This document shows, piece by piece, positions 51,874-64,000 of a stretch of DNA of 64,000 nt (positions are counted from its first letter, which is position 1; every line of letters starts with the position of its first letter). Source of the DNA: an uncultured Aliarcobacter sp. (GTDB taxonomy: Bacteria; Campylobacterota; Campylobacteria; Campylobacterales; Arcobacteraceae); contig CAXXLV010000002.1 in the NCBI GenBank assembly GCA_963664305.2, positions 1,216,001 through 1,280,000 of the forward strand. Reading direction: 5' to 3'. Both the position numbers and the translations under genes were made by a program. A model generated the notes under the pieces. It had not been told where the DNA came from, did no database searches, and saw only the letters and a program-made list of their open reading frames with translations.

Positions 51874-53121
51874 TTGATAAATATTAAAGAGTTAACAAAA
51901 AATACACTTTTTCAACTTAAAAATGAAAATATATCAACAACTCCTGAACACTATTTTATAGAATTCAAAAAACAAGCAGAAAAAGAGAATGTAGAATTAG
52001 AAGAATTTGAATTATTTAAAAAAATAAAAAACTCTTTAACAAAAGAAGAACAAGATTCTTTAAAAACAGAATCATTTAATGAATTAGCAACTATTTTATC
52101 GCAAAGAATTACAACTGATGAATTAAAAAATTTAGTAGCAACACTAAATGATATTTTAGTACCATCAATTGATTTTAGTTTTATAGAAGATATTGAAGAA
52201 TTTATTTTAAACAACATAAAAAATCCAAAAACTATAATATCAAATGCTTCGTTAGAAAAATTAAAAGAATTATCTAAAAAAAGAGTAGATGCGGATAGAA
52301 AAGTTTTAAAAGATAAAACAGATGATGTAGTAAAATTAACATCATTAATGAGTAGATATTTTGATAAAACGCTTAATGATGGAAAAAATTCTACAGAAGA
52401 AATAATGAAAATAAAAGATGAATTATTATCTTTAAATATCTCTAATTCTTCTTTTAGAGAATTAAAAATTGTTGAGAAAAAACTTATTGATACAGTTTAT
52501 AACATCGAACACTCTATGAAAGAAAATCATAAAATGATTGAAGATAATAGAGAAAAATTTCAACAATTAAATAAACAAATTGAAGAACTTCAAAAAGAAC
52601 TTGTATTAGTAAAAGAAGAGTATCAAGTTGATTATTTAACAAATATTTTAAATAGAAGAGCTTATCACAAAGAAGTAGAAAAAATGGAGAAAAAATTCTC
52701 TATTTTTAATGCTAATTATGCAATTGTTTTTTATGATATTGACCACTTTAAAGAAATCAATGATCAATTTGGACATTCTTGTGGAGATAGCGTACTAAAG
52801 AATTTTGCTGCAATATTAAAAGATTTAACTAGAAAAGAAGATATTATTGCAAGATATGGTGGAGAAGAATTTATTGCACTTGTTAATTATCAAGATGAAA
52901 TAGAAGTTCAAAGATATATTAAAAGAGTTAAAAAAACTCTTGAAAATGCAAATTTTTTATATAAAGATTCACAAATAAAAATAAAATTTTCTGCTGGAAT
53001 TACTTATAGAAATAAATATGAAACATTTTCAGATGCTAAAAAAAGAGCTGATGAATTACTTTATGAAGCAAAACATAAAGGAAGAAATAAAATCATTATA
53101 GATGATGGGATTGAATTATAA
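51874..53121 (+). CDS. Diguanylate cyclase (GGDEF)
   Basis: DYLT, DIDHFK, RKED I-site, RYGGEEF. Confidence 0.92.
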   Translation: MINIKELTKNTLFQLKNENISTTPEHYFIEFKKQAEKENVELEEFELFKKIKNSLTKEEQDSLKTESFNELATILSQRITTDELKNLVATLNDILVPSIDFSFIEDIEEFILNNIKNPKTIISNASLEKLKELSKKRVDADRKVLKDKTDDVVKLTSLMSRYFDKTLNDGKNSTEEIMKIKDELLSLNISNSSFRELKIVEKKLIDTVYNIEHSMKENHKMIEDNREKFQQLNKQIEELQKELVLVKEEYQVDYLTNILNRRAYHKEVEKMEKKFSIFNANYAIVFYDIDHFKEINDQFGHSCGDSVLKNFAAILKDLTRKEDIIARYGGEEFIALVNYQDEIEVQRYIKRVKKTLENANFLYKDSQIKIKFSAGITYRNKYETFSDAKKRADELLYEAKHKGRNKIIIDDGIEL

Positions 53122-53132
53122 AAATTACTCTA

Positions 53133-53900
53133 TTATGATAAAGTAATTTTTATAATATTTGCTACTAACATAAAAATCAATACAAAAATTAAAACTTTTT
53201 TTATAAAACTCTCTCCACCTTTTATTGCATAATGACTTCCTATGTAAGATCCTAACATATTAGAAATAGCCATTGGAATTGCAATCATCCATAGTACTTT
53301 TCCTGCCATTACAAAGGCAATTGCTGAACCAATATTTGTAGCAAGATTTAAAGGTTTTGTTGAAGCAGTTGAAATAATATAATCCAAATGTAAAAACTTT
53401 TTCATAGAAATTGTCATATAAGTTCCAGTACCTGGTCCTAAAATACCATCATAAAAACCAATTGGTGCTGTTGCTAATATAATATTTTTATTTGTTAATT
53501 TCGTATTTTCTTCACTAATATTTTTACTTTTTTTAAGTAAAAAAAACAAAGCGATTGGTATTGCAATTAAAATTGCCCATTTTATAACATAATCAGGAAT
53601 ATACATTACAAGTTTACTTCCAACATAAGATGCTAATAAACAAGGAATAATTGCAATACTCACAACTTTAAAAGATATCTTTTTACTTAAAAAATATTTG
53701 ATAGTTGCCATTAAAGTACCAAATAAAGAAGCCATTTTATTAGTTGCTAAAACAAAAACAGGGGGAATTCCACTATATAAAAGAACAGGTACTTGTATCA
53801 TTCCACCGCCACCAGCAATAGAATCAATATAACCTGCAACAAATCCAGTAATAACAAAAACTACTATCCACAAAGTAGTTATTTCTTGTAAAAAATCCAT
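53133..53900 (-). CDS. TauE/SafE (TSUP) family transporter
   Basis: IDSIAGGGG, ATNK, YDGILGPGTG. Confidence 0.9.
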   Translation of the reverse strand: MDFLQEITTLWIVVFVITGFVAGYIDSIAGGGGMIQVPVLLYSGIPPVFVLATNKMASLFGTLMATIKYFLSKKISFKVVSIAIIPCLLASYVGSKLVMYIPDYVIKWAILIAIPIALFFLLKKSKNISEENTKLTNKNIILATAPIGFYDGILGPGTGTYMTISMKKFLHLDYIISTASTKPLNLATNIGSAIAFVMAGKVLWMIAIPMAISNMLGSYIGSHYAIKGGESFIKKVLIFVLIFMLVANIIKITLS

Positions 53901-53981
53901 ATAAACTCTTAATTTTTTGTGGAAGTATATCTAAAAATTATATATAAGTTATATTAAAATTTCAAAAAAATTTCTTTTTCA

Positions 53982-54605
53982 TTATGACCATAATTGTAAT
54001 TTTGGAAGATGAGAAACTGCCCTTAAAATATCAGTTTTTGAAACAATTCCTAATAAAGTTGCATTTTCATCTACAATTGGTATTGCATCTAGTTTAAAAT
54101 CAAGCATTACTTTTACAACACTTCGTACATCAGCCATAGGCTCAGCTGTAATAACCTCGGGCAAATAAATATCTTCAATTTTTCTATTTAATATAGATTT
54201 TACATTTTCAATATCTTCCATAATAAGATTTAAAATGATTTTCTTATTTATTATTCCAATAATCTTTTTACCAAATGCAGTTATTGGTATTTGTGTAATT
54301 TGATTATCTTTTAAATAAGAATAAGCTTCTTCAATAGATACTTTATTATCCATTGAAAAGACATCCTTTGTCATGATATCTTTTATATAATAAACAGGTT
54401 CAGATGTATCTAAATTTGCAATTTTTTTATAAGAGTTCAAATACTCTTGTTTTTGATGTTCTTTTTCTTCATTTGAAAAATTTTGAATAAATCCTTCATC
54501 AGGAGTAAGTCTAGTTTCTTGTATTTCTTCTACATTTTTTAAGTTATATAAGTTATCAGCAGTACTTCTAAAACCTACACTTCCGTTATTATATATAGCA
54601 AACAT
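53982..54605 (-). CDS. CBS-pair domain protein
   Basis: IKDIMT, IPIVD..LLGIVSKTD. Confidence 0.85.
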   Translation of the reverse strand: MFAIYNNGSVGFRSTADNLYNLKNVEEIQETRLTPDEGFIQNFSNEEKEHQKQEYLNSYKKIANLDTSEPVYYIKDIMTKDVFSMDNKVSIEEAYSYLKDNQITQIPITAFGKKIIGIINKKIILNLIMEDIENVKSILNRKIEDIYLPEVITAEPMADVRSVVKVMLDFKLDAIPIVDENATLLGIVSKTDILRAVSHLPKLQLWS

Positions 54606-54669
54606 CTTTTACTCCTTATTTATAATCATCATAATACAGATTATTTAATAAATTATTAATGATTTCTAA

Positions 54670-57048
54670 CTAAACAGTAACTTTTTTTGAAATAGAAATC
54701 AAATTTCCTATTAGTTGAGTATCTTTTTGTTTTATCCAAAAGTCTTCATTTGCAACAATGATTAATCTTTTTTTCGTTCTACTTACAACTGTGTTTATTA
54801 GATTTAAACCTTTAAAATTTTCATTTATAGTATTTGTAAAAAACATTCTTCTTTTTCCACTATTTGAATCATCAACAACAGAAAAAATCACATTGTCCCA
54901 TTCACTTCCTTGTGATTTGTGAATTGTCATTATATTTTCAAAATATTTTCTACCCAAGTGTTCCTTTAAAAGTTTCACTTGTTTTTTATATGGAGTTAAT
55001 ATCACAAAAGATTTTCCTTCGAACTTTTTTACTAATTCTTTAATTATCATTACTTCTTCTAATGATGAGCGTTCATCAGCTTCATTTACATTTGAAGCAC
55101 TATCTATAAAAAAGAGATTTGTATCACTATCTAAGGCTGATTGAAACCCAAATTTATAAACAAATTTATTTAAAACTTGTGCTAAATTTTTTCCAAATCT
55201 ATGAGTTGATACTAAATTTACTTGTGATGTTTTTTCAAATTTTGGAGTTGTATTACTTGTAAACTCAAAATATATCTCATCAATACTATTTTTTAAAAAA
55301 AGTGTTTCAAAAAAGAGAGCAGATTGACTCCATAAAAAGCTCTTTTTATATGCATTTATATCATCAGCTTTTATTTCACTAACAGGTGGAAGTTGCATAT
55401 GATCACCCAAAAATGTTATTGGAGAATTACATTTAAATAAACTTAAAGCCTTGATTGTAGACATATATCCAGCTTCATCACAAAAGATATGGTTTACTTC
55501 AATATTTTCATTTATAGTGTATTGAATATACGCGTCAATTGTCATTGCAAGTACTAAACTATTTTTTACTCTTTGTTTTGTACTTTGTTCAATTAATAAA
55601 TCTTTCTCATCAATCAAAAACTCTAATTTATCTTTTAATTTTTTATCATCAAAATTTTTATGATGTATATCTAAAGCTTGATTTATCAACTCATCATTTG
55701 AGTTTTCTACTAAACTTTTGATTGATTCTAAACTATTTTTACACCAAAGATTTAGTTGAGATATTTTTTCATTTATTTGTAACTGTTTTTCATCTAAATT
55801 TGTTTGTGTCAAATCTTTAAATATTTCATTATAAATCTTTTCACTTTTTATTAAATCTTTACAAAGAGTTAATATTTCAAAATTTTCTTGAGTTATTTGA
55901 TTTATTTCTTTCTCGATTTTTTCCAACTCTTTTCGAATACAATCAAGATTTACAACCTCTTTTAATTTATTCTCTTCAACTAGTTTTTCATCAAAGTTTA
56001 TGCAAGGATTTCCTTCATGTCTTCTTATTGCATCTTTTATCATTTTTGAATTATTTGAGAAATGATAAGCTTTTAAAGGTAAAGTTAGAAGATTTATCAA
56101 AGGTTGTAAGTGTTCTTCTTCATTTTCAAGTTTGATAATTTTTATTTTATTTTCTTGAAGTTTAAAAAAATATTCTAAGATTATTTCTAAATCTTCACTA
56201 ATCTTTTTACCTTCTCTATATTTTAAAACTCTACTTAATATATTTATTTCATTTTCAAGAGATTCTAAAACTCTTTCTATTCCTTTTGTTTCACAAATTT
56301 CAGAATATTTATCAAAAAAATCTTTTGATGGAATTCCTATTCGTAAAACCTTTTCATTTGAGATTTGAAGTTTTTCTGTGTTTTCTAAAACTCCAAAAAG
56401 TATCTGCTCTAAAGCTACATTTGTAGGAGCAACTATCAAACCTTTTTTATTTGAAGTTATATAATTTATCAAAGCAGTTGATAAAATGGCTTTTGTTTTT
56501 CCAGTTCCAGGAGGTCCCCAAATATATGAATATCTATTTTCAAATATAGAATTTACAGCATCTTTTTGATTTTGGTTTAGTTTTGTATCTTTTAATATTT
56601 CTAAATTTGGTTTCAACTTTAAATCAAATTTTTCATTAAATATAAGCTTATTGGAATTTTTTTCATACCATTCAATCAAATTCTTAATCAAAAAAAGTAA
56701 ATCAGATACTACAAAAAAATCATCACTTTTTATCTTCTCAAATTCAATATCAGGATTTAAAACTTGAACATACAAAAGTCTATTTTTTTCATCATACTCT
56801 TTGATTAATATATCTTTTTTATTAAAGTAATATTCATTTGTTTGATTGTTTTTATAATAAGTTTTTTCAAAGTCATAAATAGGTTTTTCTAATTTTATTT
56901 CATATAGTTTTGGAGAGCTATCTTTTTGGTATTTTATAGATACAACTTTATCTATACTTTTTCCATTGTTTTCACTATATTTTTTAACATATTCATAATA
57001 AAAATTTGCCTGGTCTAGGCATAATTCTTTTAACTTTGCTATTTCCAT
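54670..57048 (-). CDS. UPF1/DNA2-like superfamily 1 helicase
   Basis: LNQNQ, GPPGTGKT, DEAG, GDHMQLPP, TIHKSQGSE, SRTK. Confidence 0.88.
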   Translation of the reverse strand: MEIAKLKELCLDQANFYYEYVKKYSENNGKSIDKVVSIKYQKDSSPKLYEIKLEKPIYDFEKTYYKNNQTNEYYFNKKDILIKEYDEKNRLLYVQVLNPDIEFEKIKSDDFFVVSDLLFLIKNLIEWYEKNSNKLIFNEKFDLKLKPNLEILKDTKLNQNQKDAVNSIFENRYSYIWGPPGTGKTKAILSTALINYITSNKKGLIVAPTNVALEQILFGVLENTEKLQISNEKVLRIGIPSKDFFDKYSEICETKGIERVLESLENEINILSRVLKYREGKKISEDLEIILEYFFKLQENKIKIIKLENEEEHLQPLINLLTLPLKAYHFSNNSKMIKDAIRRHEGNPCINFDEKLVEENKLKEVVNLDCIRKELEKIEKEINQITQENFEILTLCKDLIKSEKIYNEIFKDLTQTNLDEKQLQINEKISQLNLWCKNSLESIKSLVENSNDELINQALDIHHKNFDDKKLKDKLEFLIDEKDLLIEQSTKQRVKNSLVLAMTIDAYIQYTINENIEVNHIFCDEAGYMSTIKALSLFKCNSPITFLGDHMQLPPVSEIKADDINAYKKSFLWSQSALFFETLFLKNSIDEIYFEFTSNTTPKFEKTSQVNLVSTHRFGKNLAQVLNKFVYKFGFQSALDSDTNLFFIDSASNVNEADERSSLEEVMIIKELVKKFEGKSFVILTPYKKQVKLLKEHLGRKYFENIMTIHKSQGSEWDNVIFSVVDDSNSGKRRMFFTNTINENFKGLNLINTVVSRTKKRLIIVANEDFWIKQKDTQLIGNLISISKKVTV

Positions 57049-57121
57049 TTGGGATTTTAACTTAGAAAAATTTACGTTTTTGTTAAAGTATTTGTAACTA
57101 AATTTTAATTACTATTTGCTA

Positions 57122-57934
57122 ATGAATAATACACTATATTTTACGCACGAAAAATTAGATTTTTTAGAACTAAGATACTCAAAATCAAATCAATGTTACA
57201 AAGAACACATTCATAATACTCTATCTATTGGTGCTATTCTTGCAGGTCAAAGAACATATAAAAATAAAAGTAAAACTATAATTTTAGAAAAAAACCAATT
57301 GGCTATTGTAAATCCAAATACTATTCATAGTTGTAATTCTAATTCAAAAGTAGCAAATAAAATCTTTATGCTTTATTTAGATAAAGATTGGTGTTTTAAA
57401 CTTCAAAAAACAATATTTCCATATATAAAAGAATTTGTACCTTTTTCAACAGAAATTCTAAAAAATAAAATCTTATATAAAAAATTCATAACTCTTTGTG
57501 AACTTTTATTTTCAAATGCATTGATTATAGAAAAAGAGAGTTCTATTATAGATTTTTTCTACTCTTTGTATAATAAATACCATAAAGAAATAGAAATAGA
57601 TATAGAAATAAAAACAAATGAAAAAATAGAAAATATCATCTCATATATGAATAAAAATATTAAAGATGATATTAGTCTAGATGATTTATCAAAAGAGTTT
57701 AATCTATCAACTTTTTATATAATAAAACTTTTCAAAAAAGAACTTAATATTTCAGCTCATTCATATTTTATAAATTTAAAAATTGAACTTGCAAAGAAAT
57801 TACTAAAAAATGGATTTTCTATAGTTGAAGTAGCATTAGAATGTGGCTTTTATGACCAAAGCCATTTTCATAGAAATTTTAAAAAAATAGTTGCAATTAC
57901 TCCCAAAAAGTATCAGGACAATTTTGTACAATAA
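57122..57934 (+). CDS. AraC family regulator
   Basis: Cupin (HIH) plus GFYDQSHFHRNFK HTH. Confidence 0.92.
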   Translation: MNNTLYFTHEKLDFLELRYSKSNQCYKEHIHNTLSIGAILAGQRTYKNKSKTIILEKNQLAIVNPNTIHSCNSNSKVANKIFMLYLDKDWCFKLQKTIFPYIKEFVPFSTEILKNKILYKKFITLCELLFSNALIIEKESSIIDFFYSLYNKYHKEIEIDIEIKTNEKIENIISYMNKNIKDDISLDDLSKEFNLSTFYIIKLFKKELNISAHSYFINLKIELAKKLLKNGFSIVEVALECGFYDQSHFHRNFKKIVAITPKKYQDNFVQ

Positions 57935-57978
57935 TTAATTTTCTCTTTTTAATACAATCTTCAAAATAAAGGAGATTT

Positions 57979-58602
57979 ATGGAAATTTATTTACAAAGTT
58001 TTTTTATACTTGCATTTACTCATTTTTTAGCATTGATTAGTCCTGGTATTGATTTCTTTATAATTATTAATTCTACTATTAAAAATGGGAAAAAAGCTGG
58101 AATAATTGTTGCTTTTGGAATTACCATTGCAAATTTGGTTTATATACTTTTAGCTCTATTTGGAATTATTATTTTAAAAGAAAATTTATATATCTTTAAC
58201 TCTTTAAAAATTTTAGGAAGTAGTTATTTACTCTATATTTCATATCACTTATTTAAATCAAAAAAGAAAAACTTATTTGAGGACTTATCTAAAAATAAAA
58301 AAAGTATTACTCTAATATCTAGTTTTTTAAAAGGTTTTCTAAGTGCAATACTAAATCCTAAAAATTTTATTTTTTACTTTACAATGTTTAGTATAACTAC
58401 ACAAAATAATACGCCATTTTTTATTCAAACTATTTATGGAATTTGGATGTTTTTTGCAGTTTTATTTTGGGATATTTTTATAGTTTATATTTTAAGTTTA
58501 GAAAAAATCAAAGAATTATTTAACAAATATATTTACCTAATCGAGAAAATATCAGCTATATTTCTTACATTTGTAGCTTTGATGATAATCTACAAAATAT
58601 AA
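57979..58602 (+). CDS. LysE/RhtB family exporter
   Basis: SPGIDF, GSSYLLY, NPKN. Confidence 0.9.
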   Translation: MEIYLQSFFILAFTHFLALISPGIDFFIIINSTIKNGKKAGIIVAFGITIANLVYILLALFGIIILKENLYIFNSLKILGSSYLLYISYHLFKSKKKNLFEDLSKNKKSITLISSFLKGFLSAILNPKNFIFYFTMFSITTQNNTPFFIQTIYGIWMFFAVLFWDIFIVYILSLEKIKELFNKYIYLIEKISAIFLTFVALMIIYKI

Positions 58603-58656
58603 AAAAAGAGACTTATCAAAAGACAAGTCCCTTTTAAAAATCTAAAATTTAAAAAA

Positions 58657-59637
58657 TTAGATTGGTAAAACTCTAATGTTTTCATCAACTTTTTGTTGTA
58701 ATACTGACTCAATTGCAAATAAAGTTCCTGTACTTCCAGACGAACATCCTGAACAAGAACCTAAATATCTGATATAAATATCATAATGAGGAAGATTTTC
58801 TTTGATATCAATAATCTCCATATCTCCACCATCCATTACAAGCATTGGTCTTACATCAGTATCAATTACAGCATCAACTGCTTTAATTCTTTGAACTAAC
58901 GTCATTTTGTCAAATGAAGCATGTCCTGATGCACTTGCATCAGCAGCTGTTTTTAATCTAGATTGTTCCATTTCAGCTCTAACATCTTTTAAGATATCAA
59001 CTAAATAGATATCTTTAGCTTCATGACCACCTGGTTTAATACATGATTTACAGAAAGCTCCAGCTTTTGTATAATCTGTGATTTCTTCAACAGTTTTTAA
59101 ATCATTGATTTTGATAACTTCTTTTAAAGTTGCTAATGAAACCCTTGCACATTCACAAACGATTTGCTCTTCTTCAAAAGATTCCATATCAACACCTTTA
59201 TAATCAGCTGCTGCTTTTTTGATAACATCATAAGCCATAACTGAACAGTGCATTTTTTGAGGTGGAACTGCTGGAGTTTCTGGATTATCTCTTAATGCAA
59301 ATTCAACATCAATATTTGTAATTTTTACAGCTTCATCAACTGTTTTTCCAATACATAACTCAGCCATAACATCTGAAGATGCGATTGCTGTACCACATCC
59401 AAAAGATTTAAATTTTGACTCTAAAATTTTATCTGTAGACTCATCAACTGCCCAGTAAAGTCTTACAGCATCACCACATGATTCAGCACCAAAATCTGCA
59501 ACAATTAATTTTGCTCCAAGTTCGGCTGCTCTTTCTTCTGTAATTTCCCCTTGGTGTTTAGGGTTATTCATTCTATTTACAACTTGATTTGAATATTCAT
59601 CCCAAATTGATCCGCTTATTAAACTATTTTTTGCCAT
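58657..59637 (-). CDS. nifU: Fe-S scaffold NifU
   Basis: CGD, FGCG, KMHCS, CEC...CKSC, CSGC three-domain layout. Confidence 0.95.
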   Translation of the reverse strand: MAKNSLISGSIWDEYSNQVVNRMNNPKHQGEITEERAAELGAKLIVADFGAESCGDAVRLYWAVDESTDKILESKFKSFGCGTAIASSDVMAELCIGKTVDEAVKITNIDVEFALRDNPETPAVPPQKMHCSVMAYDVIKKAAADYKGVDMESFEEEQIVCECARVSLATLKEVIKINDLKTVEEITDYTKAGAFCKSCIKPGGHEAKDIYLVDILKDVRAEMEQSRLKTAADASASGHASFDKMTLVQRIKAVDAVIDTDVRPMLVMDGGDMEIIDIKENLPHYDIYIRYLGSCSGCSSGSTGTLFAIESVLQQKVDENIRVLPI

Positions 59638-59667
59638 CTTATTTTCCTTTAAATATTATTCTATTTT

Positions 59668-60903
<1,236 letters not shown>

Positions 60904-61034
60904 CTATTCCAAAATTAATAGTTGCAAATAAAAACTTTTTCGTATTCTAATGAAAATAGGATAAAATTTGTCTTAATTGTTTTTTATCCTATTTATTTTT
61001 TTCATACAGTAAATTTATTATACTAATCAATGAT

Positions 61035-62501
61035 TTAAAAACTGCTATTAAATGTGGCTAAATAATTTACAATCGCCCCATTTTCATCTTTTAATGTAGA
61101 AATTTTCAAATATTCTTCGTAAATTGTTCCATCTTTTCTTCTATTTTTTAATTTTCCATCCCATTTACCATCTTGTTTTAATCTATCCCACATTGTATTG
61201 TAGAATTTATTATCTTGTAAACCAGAATTTAATATAGATGGATCTTTTCCATAAACATCATTTAATTCATAACCTGTAATTTCTGTAAATGCTTTGTTTA
61301 TTAGAATAATATTATTGTTTTTATCAGTAATTATTATTCCTTCCAATGCTTGTTCAAATATCTTAAGTGATAATTCAACTTTTGTTTGTGCACTTTTTCT
61401 ATCAATAGATTCTTTAATCAAGTTTTTATACAATTTTTCTAATGCATTGTGTAATTTTCCAATTTCATCATTTGATGGATTATTAAGGAATTTAACTTTT
61501 TTGTCATTTGATATATCTTCAACAATTTGACTTAATTGATTAAGTGGTCTTGAGATTCTTGTTGCAATAACAACACCTATAAATGCACCAATAATTCCTA
61601 AAATTACACTTATAAATAAGATTGAAGTTGCATTTTCATGTGCTATTTTAAAAGCTTCATTTACAGGTTCTCTAACTATTACTTTCCAAGAGAAACCTTC
61701 ATATTCTTCAAACCCTTTACTTACACTACTTGCTGTTAAATATTTAACATTATCATTCCAATTTAAAATTTTAAAAGATTCTTCATCTGTATTAAATGAT
61801 TGTGCAACATTTGAAGATATATCAGAGATATTAGCTCTTTCAGTATTTCCAGGTCCAACTAAAATCATTCCATCTTTTGATAATAAAAATATCTCTACAC
61901 CATGTTCTTTTTGAATACTTCTAATAACATCTCTTGTCCATTGCCAAGTCAAATGAGTACATAAAACCCCAAGAGTTTTACCATCTTTATTTATAACAGG
62001 AAATGCAACATCTGAAAAATAAATAGCTTCACCACTATTATTTGGTAATAATTTAGCTAATAATAAAGCATCATGTACATCACCAATATAAGGTCCATTT
62101 AAACCATTTGGAAGCCAAGGTCTAGCTTTTACATTTTTACCTTCTAAATATCCATTTGTTCCAACTTCTACTGTTCCATCAGGAAGAGCATATCCAATCC
62201 ATTCATGATGATTATAATTATCTTTAATTTTTTGAATCAATTCTCTTTTTTCGTTTATAGAACTATTTTCATTTGTTAGTATAGGTAATGATGCTGCAAA
62301 TCTAATCTCTCTAAATCTTTCTAACATCTCTCTATCAAGAATATCATTTACTCTTTTTGATAACTTAACCAATGACTCACCAGAATTTACTTCAAGTTGT
62401 TTTGTTGATATGTTATTTGAATAAAAACCAACTGTTAATGCAACGATAAAAGTTAAAATTCCAACTAAAAATGAAAACTTTAAACTAAAACTATTTTTCA
62501 T
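61035..62501 (-). CDS. Cache-HAMP-PAS sensor without output domain
   Basis: TM-dCache-TM, RPL..DEIG HAMP, PAS (NKAF..ITGY, RRKDG) then stop. Confidence 0.82.
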   Translation of the reverse strand: MKNSFSLKFSFLVGILTFIVALTVGFYSNNISTKQLEVNSGESLVKLSKRVNDILDREMLERFREIRFAASLPILTNENSSINEKRELIQKIKDNYNHHEWIGYALPDGTVEVGTNGYLEGKNVKARPWLPNGLNGPYIGDVHDALLLAKLLPNNSGEAIYFSDVAFPVINKDGKTLGVLCTHLTWQWTRDVIRSIQKEHGVEIFLLSKDGMILVGPGNTERANISDISSNVAQSFNTDEESFKILNWNDNVKYLTASSVSKGFEEYEGFSWKVIVREPVNEAFKIAHENATSILFISVILGIIGAFIGVVIATRISRPLNQLSQIVEDISNDKKVKFLNNPSNDEIGKLHNALEKLYKNLIKESIDRKSAQTKVELSLKIFEQALEGIIITDKNNNIILINKAFTEITGYELNDVYGKDPSILNSGLQDNKFYNTMWDRLKQDGKWDGKLKNRRKDGTIYEEYLKISTLKDENGAIVNYLATFNSSF

Positions 62502-62512
62502 GATTCACCTTT

Positions 62513-64000
62513 TTATAAATTCTTTTTGTCCAAAATTATTGAAAAACAAGCACCTTTGTAACTCTCAAAATTATAATCAAAAACTCTATTTTCAACCAAA
62601 ATATTCCCTTTAAATTTTTTAGTAATTATTTCATAAGCACTATACAATCCTAAACCTATCCCTGAAGAATTATGTTTTGTAGAAAAATATGGTTCAAAAA
62701 TCTTTTCAATTATCTCTTTTGGAATTCCACCTGCACTATCTTGTATATCAATAATAATTTCTTCTTTATCTTCTTTCATTTCAACAATAATCAAACCTTC
62801 TTTTGTAAACTCTTTTGCATTTTTTAATAAGTTGATTAATACATGTTTTAATTCATTTTCATAAGTAAATAGTTCAATATCAATTAAATTTTCAATTAAA
62901 ATTATATTTTTAGCATTTAAATCATCTTTAAACATTAATGTACACTGATGAACAGTATCTTTTAAATTAAAAGATTTTTTTTCGATACTTTCATTAAAAT
63001 AGCTTCTAAAATCTTCTATTGTATTTGATAAATAGTTCGTGTTACTTAATATCCCTTCTAAATTTTCAAAAAACTCTTTATCTTCTAAAATATTAAACTC
63101 TTTTTTTAGTTTTAAACCACTTGCTAAAACAGAAATAACACTTAAAGGTTGTCTCCATTGATGAGAAATATTTTGAATCATCTCACCAAGAGCTACCATT
63201 TTTGTTTGTTGAGACAAAATATATTCTCTATTTTTTTCTTCTTGTATTTTTCTATATCTATAATTTATATAAAAGATAAAAATCAATGAAAGTAAAAATA
63301 AAATTAAAATCATTTTATGATAGTTATTCATAACTTGTTTGATAAACTCAGAATTTTTATATAAAACCATATATGCAGCATTTTTATCATCTTGAACGTT
63401 TTTTATTGATAAAAATGAAATTGCCATATAATTTCCATCCACTTTTTTATAAAGTGAAAAATTTTCACTACTTCTCATTTTTCTTTTTATAAGATTTTTT
63501 TCGTCACTTGAATAAAAATTTTCACTAGTAAAATGGCTTAACTCTTGTGTTTTATTTTCTTTATATAAGTATTCATCATTTTCATTACTTAGTTGAAAAT
63601 TGTTCAAATACTCTTTAAAAACTTTCTCTTCTATGATAGATTTTTTAACTAAAAAATGTACATCTACATCAAAACTTGATTCAAAATTCTTCTCAAAAAA
63701 ATCTGAACTTACTGATAATTCAACACTACCTATATGAAAAAGTTTTTCATCAAAAAGTGGATAAACAAATCTATAACCATCTACAATTTTTCCTATTTCA
63801 TAACCATGAACTGGTTTTAAATCTTTGTTTGCTTCTTTTACACTAAATCTATCTTTTGTTAGATTATCACCAAATTTATCTTTTTCATGCATTCTTAAAA
63901 AACTTGTATTATCTGGAAAATGAAAATGAATTTGATGAAATTTATACTCTTTTAATCTAAGATAATCAGATATTAACTTTTCATATAATTGTTCTCGATA
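62513..64000 (-). CDS. Cache-domain sensor histidine kinase (5' end outside window)
   Basis: Frame open to 64000 (HFHFPDNTSFLRMH); ISHQWRQPL; PYFSTK..GIGLGL. Confidence 0.9.
   Translation of the reverse strand, partial: YREQLYEKLISDYLRLKEYKFHQIHFHFPDNTSFLRMHEKDKFGDNLTKDRFSVKEANKDLKPVHGYEIGKIVDGYRFVYPLFDEKLFHIGSVELSVSSDFFEKNFESSFDVDVHFLVKKSIIEEKVFKEYLNNFQLSNENDEYLYKENKTQELSHFTSENFYSSDEKNLIKRKMRSSENFSLYKKVDGNYMAISFLSIKNVQDDKNAAYMVLYKNSEFIKQVMNNYHKMILILFLLSLIFIFYINYRYRKIQEEKNREYILSQQTKMVALGEMIQNISHQWRQPLSVISVLASGLKLKKEFNILEDKEFFENLEGILSNTNYLSNTIEDFRSYFNESIEKKSFNLKDTVHQCTLMFKDDLNAKNIILIENLIDIELFTYENELKHVLINLLKNAKEFTKEGLIIVEMKEDKEEIIIDIQDSAGGIPKEIIEKIFEPYFSTKHNSSGIGLGLYSAYEIITKKFKGNILVENRVFDYNFESYKGACFSIILDKKNL

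Overview
AT-rich chromosomal segment, very probably Arcobacteraceae (Campylobacterota). This is inferred from the gene set and order (pyrH-rpoZ-spoT-tyrS-nitronate monooxygenase-amiA; folD-lepB-rpiB; cvpA-lysS-glyA; nifS-nifU; HQWRQPL-type histidine kinases) and AAGGA-type RBSs. Most of the window is housekeeping. The standout is a ~5.2 kb integrated element (36709-41948) bounded by an exact 18-bp direct repeat, TTAATTTACTGTTAATTA, between glpD and the promoter of an OprC-like copper TonB receptor. It carries a ribbon-helix-helix repressor, an SSB-like protein, an HUH rolling-circle Rep, an excisionase-like protein and a tyrosine integrase, but no capsid, morphogenesis or conjugation genes. 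It also shows plasmid-like copy-control signals (operator-overlapped sigma70 promoter; candidate antisense RNA with a UUGGCG loop) and a repeat-flanked cargo cassette. Other points: uvrB and amiA appear to start at non-canonical ATC/ATT codons; there is an unannotated 34-aa membrane peptide, a secreted ATP-dependent ligase next to a pilin-like gene, a lone UPF1-like helicase, and a Cache-HAMP-PAS sensor with no output domain. No rRNA, tRNA or CRISPR array was seen. All calls come from reading motifs by eye; no searches were run.
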